A program made the position numbers and the translations under genes. Below the pieces are notes generated by a model. It was given only the letters and a program-made list of their open reading frames with translations. It was not told the DNA's origin and searched no databases. DNA of 64,000 nucleotides from Heterodontus francisci (Eukaryota), in the NCBI RefSeq assembly GCF_036365525.1, contig NC_090399.1:31032430-31096429 (forward strand), given 5' to 3'. Positions 14,076-26,882 of this stretch are shown here, in pieces. Every line of letters starts with the position of its first letter. The stretch's first letter is position 1.

Positions 14076-14804
14076 ATATCAATGCCATTGAAGTGGCCGC
14101 TAGACACTGGATATCACATTTATTTGTATTTGAATGAGAAAATACTTTGATCAGAGAAAATGTCAGTTACACACTAATGATGCTAACTTCTGCTATCCTG
14201 GAAAATATTCAATGCATTTGGTTCAATTAAAATGTTGTAAACTGATTATCTTACAGTCCCATAGTCCCAACCCATCGCCACATTACAGAAACATAAATAT
14301 TATCGTGTTCAAACCTCACTGATCTATTTGAAAAAAGCATAATCTCCATATTGTCAATGTGGATTATAGGAAAACACTGGTTTCAGGATTGGAGCAGACC
14401 TTATGGATGTACTGTTGCTTCTTTCTCACTGTTCAACATTTGTAATTATCATTTTCCACTGAGTTTCTATTTCGTGGTCGACAATTTGTATCGTAAAGTC
14501 GACTGAGTAGGTTCAGTTTGCTTTAGGTACTTAAAATAACTTTAAAAGCATTTGTTGGGTAGAAAAAGAGTAGCGTGATACACAAACACCATGATTCGAT
14601 AACTAAATTGATTGAAATAGACGTCAGTTGCCAAAAGGTCCCATGGTTTCGTCAAAATAATCATTGCCCGCAATACAGTTCAAAAAATCAACAGTGTGAG
14701 CAACAGACCTGTGAGCGCTTATATTTATTAACTGTCGTAATCTTGCTCCACTCGGATGTAAATTCTTGTTATTGGAATAAACAGATTGCCATCAACTTTT
14801 AATA

Positions 14805-15695
14805 ATTTATTTAAATGATTTGGTTGAAGGGATGGTTGCTAAATTTACTGATGGCACAAAGATAGGTAAGAAAGTAAGTTGTGAAGAGGACAAAAGGAGG
14901 CTACAAAGTGATATAGATAGGTTAAGTGAGCGGGCAAATGGAGTATAATGTGGGTAAATATGAATTTGTTTATTATGGTAGGGATAGTAATAAAGAAACA
15001 TATTATCTAAATGATGAGAGATTGCAGAGCGCTGAGATGCAGAGGGATGTGAGTGTTCTAGTGCATGAATGGCAAAAGTATAGTATGCAGGTACAACAAG
15101 TAATTAGGAAACCTAACAGAATGTTATCGTTTATTGAGAGGGGAACTGAATTCAAAAGTAGGGAGGTTATGCTACAGTGTTACAGAGCATTGGTATTACC
15201 ACATCTGGAGTATTGTGTACAGTATTGGTCTCCTTAATTAATGAAGGATGCAAATGAGTTGGAAGCAGTTGTGGGAAGGTTTACTCGACTAATACCTGGA
15301 ATGAGCGGGTTGCCTTATGAGGAAAGGTTGGACAGGCTTGTCTTGTATCTGCTAGTGTTTAGAAGAGTAAGAGGCGACTTGATTGAAATATATAAAATTC
15401 TGAGGGGTCTTGAAAGGGTGGATGTAGAAATTATTTTTCTCTTGTGGGAGAATCTAGAACTAGCGTCGTGAGTTTTTGGAATCTCTACCTCAAAAGGCGT
15501 TAGAAGCAGAATCTTTGAATAATTTTAGGGCACAGGTTGATAGATTCTTGATAAGCAAGGGGGTGAAAGGTTATTGGGGGTAGGCGGGAATGTGGAGTTG
15601 AGGTGACAGTCAGATCAGCCATGATCTTATTGAATGGCTTTGCAGGCCAGAGGGACCGAATGGACTAATCCTGCTCCTAATTCGTATGTTTGTAA
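14805..15695 (+). mobile_element. 5'-truncated decayed CR1 LINE
   Basis: HLEYCVQYWSP, RGDLIEIYKIL fragments. Confidence 0.88.
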
Positions 15696-16322
15696 CATCC
15701 CGTCAGCGATATGTGGTCAATGATTCGGTTTGCTGGCTGAATTCGAGTCAATATGAATTGTGCATTTTTTCAATCATGTGCCAAGTGAAAGGATTACTTT
15801 GTAGTTCCGCGTGAAAGCAAGGTCGTGTAATAAAAAGTGAAATTCTTTGTCATTTCTTCAGCACTTTAATATAATAAAACTTAGTCAACGATTAGTAGTT
15901 CCCTATAAATCCCATTCTTTCCAAACGTCGACGCTGTCTCCATATCTTTTATATCTGGCCTGTTATATTTATCTCCGAATGCACAGTCTGTTCAGTGACG
16001 AGTCAGTCATATATTTCGTTTAGCACATTTAAGACAGACGTGACTGCGGTGCATTTTTTTTCTCCGGTCGAGTTTGAAATAATTTGATTTTGCAAATTCT
16101 CCACGCATTCAATTTCAGCTACCCGGTAAAACTAAAGGAAAGTGAATTACAACTGAAATCATTTCGAAACCATAACTTATAGATTCAGGCACTTGCAAAG
16201 GGAGGAATAAATTAAAATAGATATTGCTAATTGTCGGGATGGTGCGCAATTGTTTTCATTACGTATCATGCACATCTCCACGCTTACCATTCGATTGATA
16301 ATTTTCTCTTCTGATTCTGCAG

Positions 16323-16418
16323 TTCTGGTCCTCAACTGACTTAATGCCCACAACCGCGCTGACACGATGAATTTCAGCCATGTTATTGCTCCTATTTGGA
16401 TAACGACCATGATCATTA
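16323..16418 (+). pseudogene. NKp30-like paralogue B, leader exon (ATG at 16367)
   Basis: Acceptor ttttctcttctgattctgcAG, short 5'UTR, then MNFSHVIAPIWITTMII+A and donor GTAAGG (phase 1), ~1 kb upstream of a V-like exon. Confidence 0.6.
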
Positions 16419-17431
16419 GTAAGGAACCACTTTATGTGATGCCGGTTTCCAATTGGAAGATGTGAAGTACAACGAAAAATATAGCAACCTACACTTGTAG
16501 TGCTTTGCTGTATTGCTTCATTATCAAATTCAATGACTCTTAGATCTTAATGATGGATAGCTGGATACATAAATAGGCGCTAGTTAAAAAAAATCAATGG
16601 TACCCAATAGACAGCTTTCCAAACTTGAAATAATTCATCTAATGAAGAAATGTGCTGAGTTCAAATGCATGCACACATAATATAACTGATCCATTATTTG
16701 TAATAACCCCACCCGGAAGTCTATCCTAAATCAATGGCCCAAACTTACAAGAAACCAAATCAACATTTTGAAATGATAGACACGAGCAATTTCTTCACGC
16801 CGTATTCGCATTCCTCTTAATTCTTATTTCTGTCGTGATATGCAAATGGTGTAACGGAGCAATTATAAAACGCTAGCACAGTGTTAAAATATAAAGCCAT
16901 GATCATGTCGTTTAACTGTGCTAAGCTTCTAAGTACACGGATTAGCTATAGATAGGAACCTAGGTTCAGCTTTGTTTTCGCTCTGGGACTGGACTGGAAA
17001 GGGTGCACAGCCGAATAACGATACCCTTTCATAGGGTAAAGAGATGAGACGGGAGATAAGACAAGCAAAGCCTAAGCGTTTCAGTCTTGAAATAAGGTAG
17101 TTTAGAGGGACAGGGTAGAAACTTAAATGAAATAATCTAGATAAAGTGCAAGACAATTATTATTTCAAAGCCCTGAAAGTAGAATCAGATCGATCAATGG
17201 AAAATAGTGGAAAGGAAATTTTACATTTTAAATTAACAGTATGTGTTCAAAATAATAGAAACTTGCAGTAATTCATACAGCGAACAGAGGTTAATATTGG
17301 GTCGACTCAAAATGCAATTAAATGCGATGGTGGGAGTTAATGCAACAAAGGTGTGACCATTGATGGGCTGAAGGGCATTTTTCATCATAGACTTTTTAAC
17401 TCCATTATTAAGTTAGGTCTTTTAACCTTAG

Positions 17432-17773
17432 TGCTACGCTAGATTTCACCCGGGCAATATGCAATCAATGTCACTGCATTGAAATCCGTGTTTTCATAAA
17501 CATCTTTGAATAATGTATCCTGAAAATTGCCATTTTTCAGATTAGGGGAACGTGTTCATCACTCAATTTTTAATTTTAAAGTCTCAAGGAATCCTTTAAA
17601 CACCGCGAGCTTTCCTGCCTGATAAAGAAAAAATAATCCCGAGTGCAAAGTATCTTACCCTACTTTGTATCTTGTTTATCCAACGCCAGCAGTTACCGGG
17701 TTCTATTTATGCAAAGTGGAGTTTATGGGAATCGGTGTAACATATGGAACCGGGACCACAGTAATCATGAAAC
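17432..17773 (+). pseudogene. NKp30-like paralogue B, disrupted VJ-type exon
   Basis: 3' part reads YPTLYLVYPTPAVTGFYLCKVEFMGIGVTYGTGTTVIMK then phase-1 donor GTTTGT, homologous to gene A SGTYYCKVEYVTYGEKYGPGTNLTV. The same frame has stops at 17440, 17497, 17521 and 17620-17625 and no recognisable B-strand Cys or C-strand Trp. The 5' boundary is uncertain (17417 or 17432). Confidence 0.7.
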
Positions 17774-18214
17774 GTTTGTTATTTATCATTTCTCCCCTAA
17801 AAGCTGCTCTTGGCGGCATTAACTAGCGAAACCGCACCATGTTTTTGGTGACATTCCTGCCTGTGCTCTTTCAACACAATCCTGAGCCTGGTTCAGGCAA
17901 ATGACCCAAGGCTGTTCGTGGGCGCAGGAAAATAACTACAGCTTGCTAAATTTTGGTCCGCTAGTACTGTTACGGTTATTTGCGCTTAAAATGGCAGCTG
18001 ATCCTCCCCTTTGGATTATGGATCGGTGGATTTGAATGCAGAAATATGCTATGGGCGGAAACACAAAGTAAGTATCGTCGCCTGTTGCATGTCACGCCCG
18101 AAATTCAATCAGGATAACAATAACGGGTGGGGATTATAACGAGCGGTCGATTCGATCCCGCCGGTTTTGGAACCAACTTCCACGATGAATTACGACCTCG
18201 ACATCATGGAATTA

Positions 18215-19300
18215 TACAACACAGAATGAGGCAATATAATCCAAAAGGGGGGCAGGAACAGAGGAACCTGGGTGTGTATGTGGACAAATTGTTGGAGGTG
18301 GTAGGGCAGTTTGAGAAAGTGGTTAAAACCCATACACGATTCTTGCTTTATACATGGAGGGATAGCGTGCAAAAGCAAGGAAATTATAATGAACCTTCTC
18401 AAAACTCTAGTTCAGCTTCAACTGAAGTATTGTATCTAATTCTGGGCAATGGACTTTAGAAAGGATGGGACGGTATTAGAGAAGGTGCAGAAAGGATGTG
18501 CGAGAATGATTCCATGGATGGGGAATTTCAGTTACGTAGATAGATTGGAGAACCTAGCATTGTTCTTCTCAGAGAAAAGAAGGTTGAGAGATTTGATAGG
18601 TTCAAAAGTCATGAGGAGTCTGGACAGAGTAGATAGAGAGAAACTGTTCCCATTAACGGAAGGGTCGAGAACGAAAGGACACCAATTTAGGTGATTGGCA
18701 AAGGAATTAAAGGCGACATAAGGAACAGATTTTTTACAGAGCGGAGTGGTTAGGATCTGGAATGGACTGCCCGAAAGGGTGCTGGAGGCATATTCAATCC
18801 AGGTATTCAAAACTGAATTGGATAAGCAGCTGAAGGAAAAATAATGCACGTTTACGGGGAAACGGTGAGGACTGAGACTAGCTAAGTTGTACTTGCAGAG
18901 AGTTAGCACAGGATTGAGGTCCGAATGGCCTCCTTTTGTGCTGCGACCGTTACATGATTCTTTGATTCAACTCATCATGCTTGTGACGGCTCTGTGAATA
19001 AGCAACCAATTAATCTCACTCCGCCACTCTTGCCCTATAGCCCTGCAAGATATTTCCTTTTCAAGTTGAGATCCAATTCCCTTTGAAAGTTACTATTTAA
19101 TCTATTTCCACCACCCTTTCAGGCAGTGCATTCCGCATCAGACAAAAACAAATCTGGATTTATTTCTGATTCCTGCCAGTGAAAGCAGTTGCTTCTTTAC
19201 CAAAAGCTTTCAAAAACTTTGAACACCTCTATTGAATCTAACCATAACCTTCTCTGCTCTGAGGAACAATCCCAGCTTCTCAAGTCTCTTCCGATAACCG
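18215..19300. mobile_element. Tail-to-tail CR1 3' fragments (+ ~18215-18970; - ~18975-19300)
   Basis: Decayed CR1 ORF2 C-terminal motifs on opposite strands. Confidence 0.7.
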
Positions 19301-19859
19301 AAATACCTTGTGCTATTGCAGTGACTGCCTTTTGAATGGGGTTTATTCAAAGTTTTGACGTGAGTTCTAACATGAAGTGCCCAGAAATGGACACAAAAAT
19401 CGATATCTATGGGTAGCTCACATCATCTGCAAAGATAAGGATAGCTTTCATACAGCATAGATGACTGACATGAAGTTGCGCAATTTGCCTTTATTATGTC
19501 TGCTGGTAATATAAACAGGTATCAACCGCACGTGTTTATTGCTATCTCTGATGCGTGGGTATCTCTAGAGAGAGACATGGATGGGGGGTGAGAAGATGAA
19601 ACTGCAAGGAGTGGGGCAATAAGCAGGATGCGAAGAAACAAGTCTTCATATTTGATTATTGCTGCGGAGACACATCCGGTGGTGATGATAAAATGGCGTA
19701 GATGTGAGGGTTTGCTGCTTGGGTGGTAATTAATTGAATGAAAAACGAAGGAGTTATTTAGGGGTGAGCTATTTTGCTCTGGCAGGTGACTTTCCCGGCA
19801 GGGAAAATGAACATCGAGCCCTAAGAGTGTATTCGCCTCCTTCCCTTGCTGTTTACAAT

Positions 19860-22210
19860 AGAACCTTAGAAAAATTATGACACAGAAGGAGGCGATTCAG
19901 CCCGTCGTGTCCGCGCCAGCTGCAGAAACTAGCCGCCCAATCTAATCTGACCTTCCAGCACCGGGTCCATAGCCTTGCTGGTTACAACACTTCAGGTGCA
20001 TGTCCAGCTACCTTTAAATGAGTTGAGGTCTTCTGCCTCCAGCACCGTTCCTGGCAGTGAATTCCAGAAACCGATCAACCTCTGGGTGAAAAAGTTTTTC
20101 TTCATGTCCCGTCTAATCCTGCTACCAGTCACCTTAAATCTGTGCCCCCGGTAATTGACTTCTTCCCTAGGGGAAACAGGTCCTTCCTTTCTACTCTATT
20201 TAGGCCCCTCATAATTTTGTACACCTCAATTAAGTCACCCCTTCGCCTCCTCTGTTCTAAGGAAAACGACCCTAGCCTATCCATTTTTTCCAAATAGCTG
20301 CAACTTTCGAGCCCTGGCAACATTCTTGTAAATCTCCACTGTACTCTCTCCAGAGCAATTATGTCCTTTCTGTAATGTGGTGACGAAGAACTGTACACAA
20401 TACTCCAACTGTGGCCTAACCAGCGTTTTATACAGCTCCAGCATTATATCCCTGCTTTTGAATTCTATACATTGGCCAATAAAGGAAAGCATTCCATATG
20501 CTTTCTTCACCACTCTATCTACCTGTCCTGCCACCTTCAGGAACCTGTGGACATACAGTCCAAGATCTCTCACTTCTTCTACCCCTCTCAATATCCTCCC
20601 GTTTATTGTGTATTCCCTGGCTTTATTTGCCCTCCCCAAATGCATTATGTTACACTTATCTGGATTGAATTCCATTTGCCACTTCCCCGCCACCTCAGCC
20701 AAACTATTGATATATTTCTGGAATCTATTGCTAGCCTCTTCACTATCAAATACACGTCCAACTTTGGTGTCATCAGCAAATTTCTCAATCATGCTTCTCA
20801 CATTTAAGTCCAAATGATTAATATATATATACCACAAACAGCAAGGCACCCAACAATGAGCCCTGTGGAACACCACTGGAAACAGTTTTCCATTCGCAAA
20901 AACATCAGTCGACTAGTACCCTTTGTTTCTTCTCCCTGAGCCAGTACTGGATCCAATCTTCGATATTCCCCTGTATCCCATGGGTTTTCATTTTACTGAC
21001 CGGTCTTCCATGTGGTACCTTGTCAAATTCCTTCGTAAAGTCCATGTAGACCACATCCGCTACATTACCCTCATCAATCCTCCATGTTAATTCCTCAAAA
21101 AACTCTAATCAAGTTAGTAAGACATGACCTTCCCTTAACCAATTCATGCTGACTATATCCCTGATTAATCCGTGCCTTTCTAAGTGGCAGTGTATCCTTT
21201 CGCTCAGAATTGATTCTAATAATTTACCCACCACCAAGGTTAGACTGACGGGCCAATAATTACCTGGCTTATCCCTCACACCCTTTTTAAACAATGGTAC
21301 AACGTTCGCAGACCTCCAACCACCTGGTACCTCCCCTGTATCTAGTGAAGATTTGAAGATGATCCTTAGCACATCCTCTATTTCCTCCCTGGCTTCCTTT
21401 AGTAACCTGGTATGTAATCCATTCGGCCCTGGTGATTTATCCACTTTCAAGGATGTCAGACCCTCTTGTACTTATTCTCTCATTATGCTTATCGTATCGA
21501 ATATTTCACACTCCTTTTTAACTGCAATGTCAGCATCAACACTCTCCTTTGTGAAGACAGAGACAAAAAAAACTCATTAAGAACCCTGCCCACATCTTCA
21601 GCATCTACAGATAAGTTCCCTTGTACATCCCTGATAGGCCCTACCCTTTCCTTAGTTATCCTCTTTCTCTTAATGTACTGATAAAACAGCTTCGGAATTT
21701 TCTTGATTTTACCTGCCAATAATTTTTCATGTCCTCTCTTTGCTTTTCTAATTTCATTTTTAACTTCACCCCTGGTCTTTCTATACTCCTCTAAGCTTTC
21801 TATAGTATTAAGACTTTTGTGATCGGAACAAGCTTTCTTTTTTCTGCATTAACTCACCCTGTAAGCTTCTAGATAACCAGGGGGCTCTAGATTTGGCAGT
21901 ACCATCCTTTATCTTAGTGGGCACATGCCTACACTGTGCCTGTAGTACCTCGCTTTTGAAAGTCTCCCACTGGTTTGCCACTGATTTTCCTTCAAGTAAC
22001 TGTACCCAGTCCACTTTTGCCAGGCCACCTCTCAGTTTCGTAAACTTTGCCTTTCTCCAATTTAAAACTTTTGCTCCTGCTTTATCATTGGCCTTTTCCA
22101 TGATTATGCTAACACTTACTGCATTATGGCCACTATCTCCAAACTGGTCACCCACTGTTACTTCATCCACTTGACCAGCTTCATTACCAGAGACAAAATC
22201 TAGAATTGCC
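19860..22210 (-). mobile_element. CR1 LINE in the V-TM intron of paralogue B
   Basis: KSPGPNG, ANVVPLFKKG, KFADDTKVG, LVRPQLEYCVQF. Confidence 0.92.
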
Positions 22211-22259
22211 TGGGACTAGGAAGAGATATGGAGAGTTTAAGAGTTGTTCTAACATTCAA

Positions 22260-22417
22260 AAAATGACAGAACAGAACATAAGACAACGAACAAGAAAGAA
22301 GCAAGCTTCTTCAGCGACGTCCAGACATTGTGGTCTGTTCGTGCAGTAGTGATAGCTTTACTGGGCATTATTGGAGTTATCATCGCTGCTTGTTTCCATC
22401 AGAAGAGGCAACGGTAG
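22260..22417 (+). pseudogene. NKp30-like paralogue B, stalk/TM exon with Arg and almost no tail
   Basis: Reads NDRTEHKTTNKKEASFFSDVQTLWSVRAVVIALLGIIGVIIAACFHQKRQR*. TLWSVRAVVIALL aligns with gene A ILWYIRAGIIVAL. The expected acceptor looks mutated (ttcAA instead of ttcAG). Confidence 0.7.
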
Positions 22418-22789
22418 TGAATGCCTATATTTGTTTTTTGTTTGGAATGCGTGTAACCCAGATTTTACAATTAATTGGCACCAATTACAATCTGATTCCA
22501 TGAAGAGAGGATTTTTGAGGGAGGTTAGAGGGTCAAGTTTATGTTGTAATGAATGTTGGGTGAGTCACACTGAAGTGTGAGACGGATTGAGTTCACTTGT
22601 GTTCCAGCCAAGCAGAGTCGCACTGACAATGCCTTGCTCCTTTCCTTCTGGATGTGCAAGAGTCTTCGTCCAGGTCTGAGCTGTCAGTACGTTTGATAAA
22701 TGCGAGCTCCCCTCCCCCCACCCCAATATTAACTGCACCTAAAACGGGAAAGGAGAATACTTGCTCTCAAGACATATCAATTGAGATTG

Positions 22790-23113
22790 GGCGGCATAGT
22801 GACACAGTGGCTCGCACCACAGCCTCAGCGCTCCAGCGACCTGGGTTCAATTCTAGGTACTGCCTGTGTGGAGTTTGTAAGTTCTCCTTGTGTCTGCGTG
22901 GGTTTCCTCCTGGAGCTCCGGTTTCCTCCCAAATGCCAAAGATCTTGCAGGTTGATAGGTAAATTAACCACTATAAATTGCCCCTAGTGTAGGTAGGGAA
23001 ATGTGGGAGGAATATGGAATTAGTGTAGGATTAGTATAAATGGGTGGTTGATGGTCGGCACAGACTCGGTGGGCCGAAGGGCTTGTTTCAGTTCTGTATC
23101 TACAAATAAATAA
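22790..23113 (+). mobile_element. V-SINE (HE1-like)
   Basis: tRNA-like head, V-domain, CR1-like tail ending (taaa)n. Confidence 0.8.
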
Positions 23114-23319
23114 ACATCGATTTACAAAGAGCTCAGGATGTCGCAAGAAACACAGAGGTGATATTTCTTCCAAAGTATCGAAGTTTGTTTTACTGAAAAC
23201 TGCTACCTGTTAACAAGTTTCAGTTCGAGCATCTCCAGCCACCCTTACTGCTTTCCTATGGTTTCTATGGCTCGTCCTGTGAGCAGCGAATATGGTATAC
23301 TAAGTTGAAAGTAATACAA

Positions 23320-25917
23320 GTAAATTGCTGCTTCATCTGAAAGGAGTGTCTGGGACCTTGGACAGTGAGGAGAGAGGAGGTAAATGGGCAGGTTTTACAC
23401 CTCCTGCGCTTGCAGGGGAAGGTGCCATGGGAAGGGGACAAGGTGGTGGGTGTGATGGAGGAGTGGACCAGGGTGTCAAATAGGGAACGATCCCTTCAGA
23501 ATGTTGACAGGGGAGGGGAAGATGCATTCTTTAGTGGCATCACGCTGTAGGCGGTGGAAATGGTGGAGGATGATCTTTTGGATGTGGAGGTTCGTGGAGT
23601 GGAAAGTGAGGACAATGGGAACTGTGTCGTGGTTCTAGGAGGGAGGGAAAAGCATGAGGGTGGAGGTGTGGGAAATGGACCCAACACAGTTTAGGGCCCT
23701 GTCAACCACAGCTGGGGTGGGGGGGGGGGGCGGGTGCGGGGGGAGGTGGGAACCCTCGGTCGAGGATGGGTGAAGGAAGACATATCAGAAGCGCTGTCAT
23801 GAAAGATAGTATCATCAGAGCTGATGCATCAGAGCTGAAGAAACAGGGAGAATGGAATGGAGTCCTGACAGGAGGTAGGGTGTGACGAAGTGTAGTCGAG
23901 GTAGCTGTGGGAGTCAGTGACCTGATAATGAATATTAGTAGAAAGTCTATCCCCAGAGATGAAGACAGAGAAGTCGAGGAAGGGAAAGGAAAGGGAGGGA
24001 AGTGTCGGAGATGGACCATGTAAATGTGAGAGAAGGGTGCAAATTAGAAGGAAAGTTGATAAAGTTTCCCAGTTTTGGATGGAAGCAGGAAATGGCATCA
24101 ATACAGTCATCAATGTACCAGAAAAAGAGTTGGGAGAGGGAGCCTGAGTAGGACTGGAACAAGCAATCCTTGACATATCCCACAAAAGGATAGGCATAGC
24201 TGGGACACATGCAGGTACTCATAGCAACACCTTTTCTTTGCAGGAAGTGAATGGAGTTGAAGGAGAAGTTGTTGTATGTGAGAACACGTTCAGCCAGGTG
24301 GAGGAGGGTGTTGGTGGATGGGTACTGGTGGGGCCTCTGTTCAAGGAAGAAGCAGAGAGTCCTCAAACCGTCCTGGTGGGGATGGAGGTGTTGAGAGACT
24401 GGACGTCCATCGTGAAGAGGAGGCGGTTGGGGCCAGGAAACTGGAAATTGTAAAAGTGATGTAGGGCGTCAGAAGAGTCACTTTTGTAGGTGGGAAGGGA
24501 CTGAACCGGGGAGAAAAGTTAAGTCAAGATAGGAAGAATTAAGTTCAGTGGGGCAGGAACAGGCTGAAACAATGGATTTGCTGAGACAGCCCTGTTTGTG
24601 GATATTGGGAAGGAAGTAGAAGCGGGCTGTCTGGGGTTGTGGGACTGAGAGGTTGGAAGCTGCATAGGGAAGACCTCAAGAGGAGATGAGGTCAGTGACA
24701 GTCCTGTGGACAGTCACTTGATGTTCAGTTGTGGGGTCATGGTCCAGGGGGACGTCGGAAGAAGTGTTTGAAAGTTGGAGCTGAGGCTCTACACGGTGAA
24801 GGTCGGTACACCATGCAACAAGAGCACCACCCTTGTGTGCAGGTTTGAAGACAATGTCGGGGTTAGACCTGAGAGAACGGAGTGCAGAACGTTTAGAGGG
24901 GGAGAGGTTAGAGTGAGTGAGGGGGGGGGCAGATAAAATTGAGATGGCTGATGTCTCGCCGACAGTTTTCGATGAAAAGATCAAGAGCGGTAAGAGGCCA
25001 GAGGGAGTGCAGGTACTGGGAAAAGGTTGGAGGCAGCTGAATGGGTTCGCTGGTCGGGGAAGGACTCCTTGTCAAAGTGAGCACGAGATGAAGGTGACAG
25101 AAGAAGAGCTCAATCTCATGCCAAAATTCATTGAAGTGGGGGCTTAGGGATAAAACTGAGTCCTTTGCTGAGTACAGAACATTTAGCGTCAGAGAGGGGA
25201 AGGTAAGTGGGTATAATGAATAGACAGCAAGGGGTCAGATCAGAAGGGGTGGGGTCAGAAGCAAGTGAAGGGGAAGAAGGATCTGGAGGGGCATTAGTCC
25301 CCATCAGCTGGTAGAGCTTGCATTCGTTAACACCTGAAAGAAAGAAAAAATGATTTTGTTCATGTGTCGGATAAAGCAAAGGATAAAATGAAACTGCAGA
25401 GTAGAACAGCCTTGAGATAAGTTGCAGCAGTGCTTCTGGAGAGAGAGGTGTGTACATGTGGTGGTGCATAGCACTGAGTGTGGTTCTCAGGATGCAGTGA
25501 GAGTAGCAGTCTGAGGAACGTTGCATTTCTTGGAGATACCTGTAATCTTGGGTGGATTCAAAACATGATGGTTGAAACTGCAGTTCGAATCCACATGGAA
25601 TAAGTCGGAGCAGGAGACAGTCACTGAGGAAGGAGATGTGGCTGTGAAAACAAGTTTTGGTAGACGCTTTATCAAACACCAGGAGGAAATTGAAAGTAAT
25701 GAAGGTGAACAAGGTAAAAGAGACAAATGAAAATCCCGTCGGAGAGAAGAGCAGAACTTCTTCATGGTAGGCATTCCTGGAAGAGAAGTGGCAGTGAATT
25801 AAATACTAAAATAAAAGCAAAATACTGCAGGTGCTGGAAATCTGAAATAAAATCAAGAATTGCCGGAAATACTCAGCAGGTCTGGCAGCATTTGTGGAGA
25901 GAGAAGCAGAGTTAACG
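23320..25917 (-). mobile_element. Long decayed Penelope-like element (N-terminus + RT)
   Basis: VLSKGLSFIP, DIVFKPAHKGGA, NNFSFNS..QRKGVAM, FFWYIDD motifs; terminal repeat at 25810-25917. Confidence 0.88.
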
Positions 25918-26153
25918 AACGTCGCAGACAATGACGTTTCAGTTGAAGAGCCTGCTCTTGCGCATGTGTAAGTACTGCGCCACCTAATGGTTGTGTTGTC
26001 AGAAAATGCAGCCTTAAGGCAATACATGATCAAAGGTTTCGAGCAAATTTTTAAAACTGGCACATGTAACGTAGCATAAACTTTATGCGCAGTCCTTAAT
26101 TTATGCAATATTTAACACATTTTTGTCGGACACTCTACCAATTCACTGTTGTA

Positions 26154-26159
26154 TTTATT
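26154..26159 (-). promoter_or_regulatory. Candidate polyadenylation signal of gene A
   Basis: AATAAA on the minus strand near the end of the unique island downstream of the predicted stop codon. Confidence 0.3.
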
Positions 26160-26787
26160 ACGGTACATTTAAGGTACTTTTCCCCACTTAAGAGCTTGAT
26201 ACTTTTTCTTGGACTGGTCTTTTCCCAATTGACCCATTGAGGCGAATTTCCCGATTTCACTTCCCTGCCCCGGTTTCTATATTCATTGTGATTAAAATCA
26301 TCAGTATTCTTCATTATTTCATTTTCTGATACTTGTTTATCACTGAGTTTGTACCGTGGGCGGCTGTGAATATTGCTGTGCAGAGTTATACTGAAAACCA
26401 GCGCTGGTTAGTTTTTCCTCTGCAAGATATCAGTTTGCGATATTTGGTCACGTGTGATACGTCTACGGTGCCCCTCCCCATTATCACCAAGACCCACTCC
26501 ATTACTTGACAAATAATATACAACTGGTAATAACTTCGTCTGAAATTCATTTCTCCCTTATTTTGATGGAGGTACGAACTCCCTTTTTTGTGAAATATAA
26601 TTTTAAATAGTTTAACATGTAAACAAACAGAATATGTGAAGAGTTGGTGTATTAGTCCTGAAGGCATAATCTCGGCATCATTACATTTATCAGTACATTC
26701 AGTGCCTACGCATAAAACCTTCAAACATGCCATGTATAGCAGTGGAGCTGATGTATTAATTTTCAATAATTCTTAGCTGCCATAGAT

Positions 26788-26882
26788 TCAAAAATTTGCA
26801 TGATATAAATAATTGATTCTGTCATTTACATAAATGTTGGGGTCATAACTGTAGCAGTAAGGGTGTACATCAGGTCTTGTAG
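26788..26882 (-). CDS. Gene A predicted terminal coding exon (YVN motif)
   Basis: Acceptor tttagcttttcAG, phase 1: (A)TRPDVHPYCYSYDPNIYVNDRINYLYHANF*. Followed by ~630 nt of unique AT-rich sequence and an AATAAA. Confidence 0.5.
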
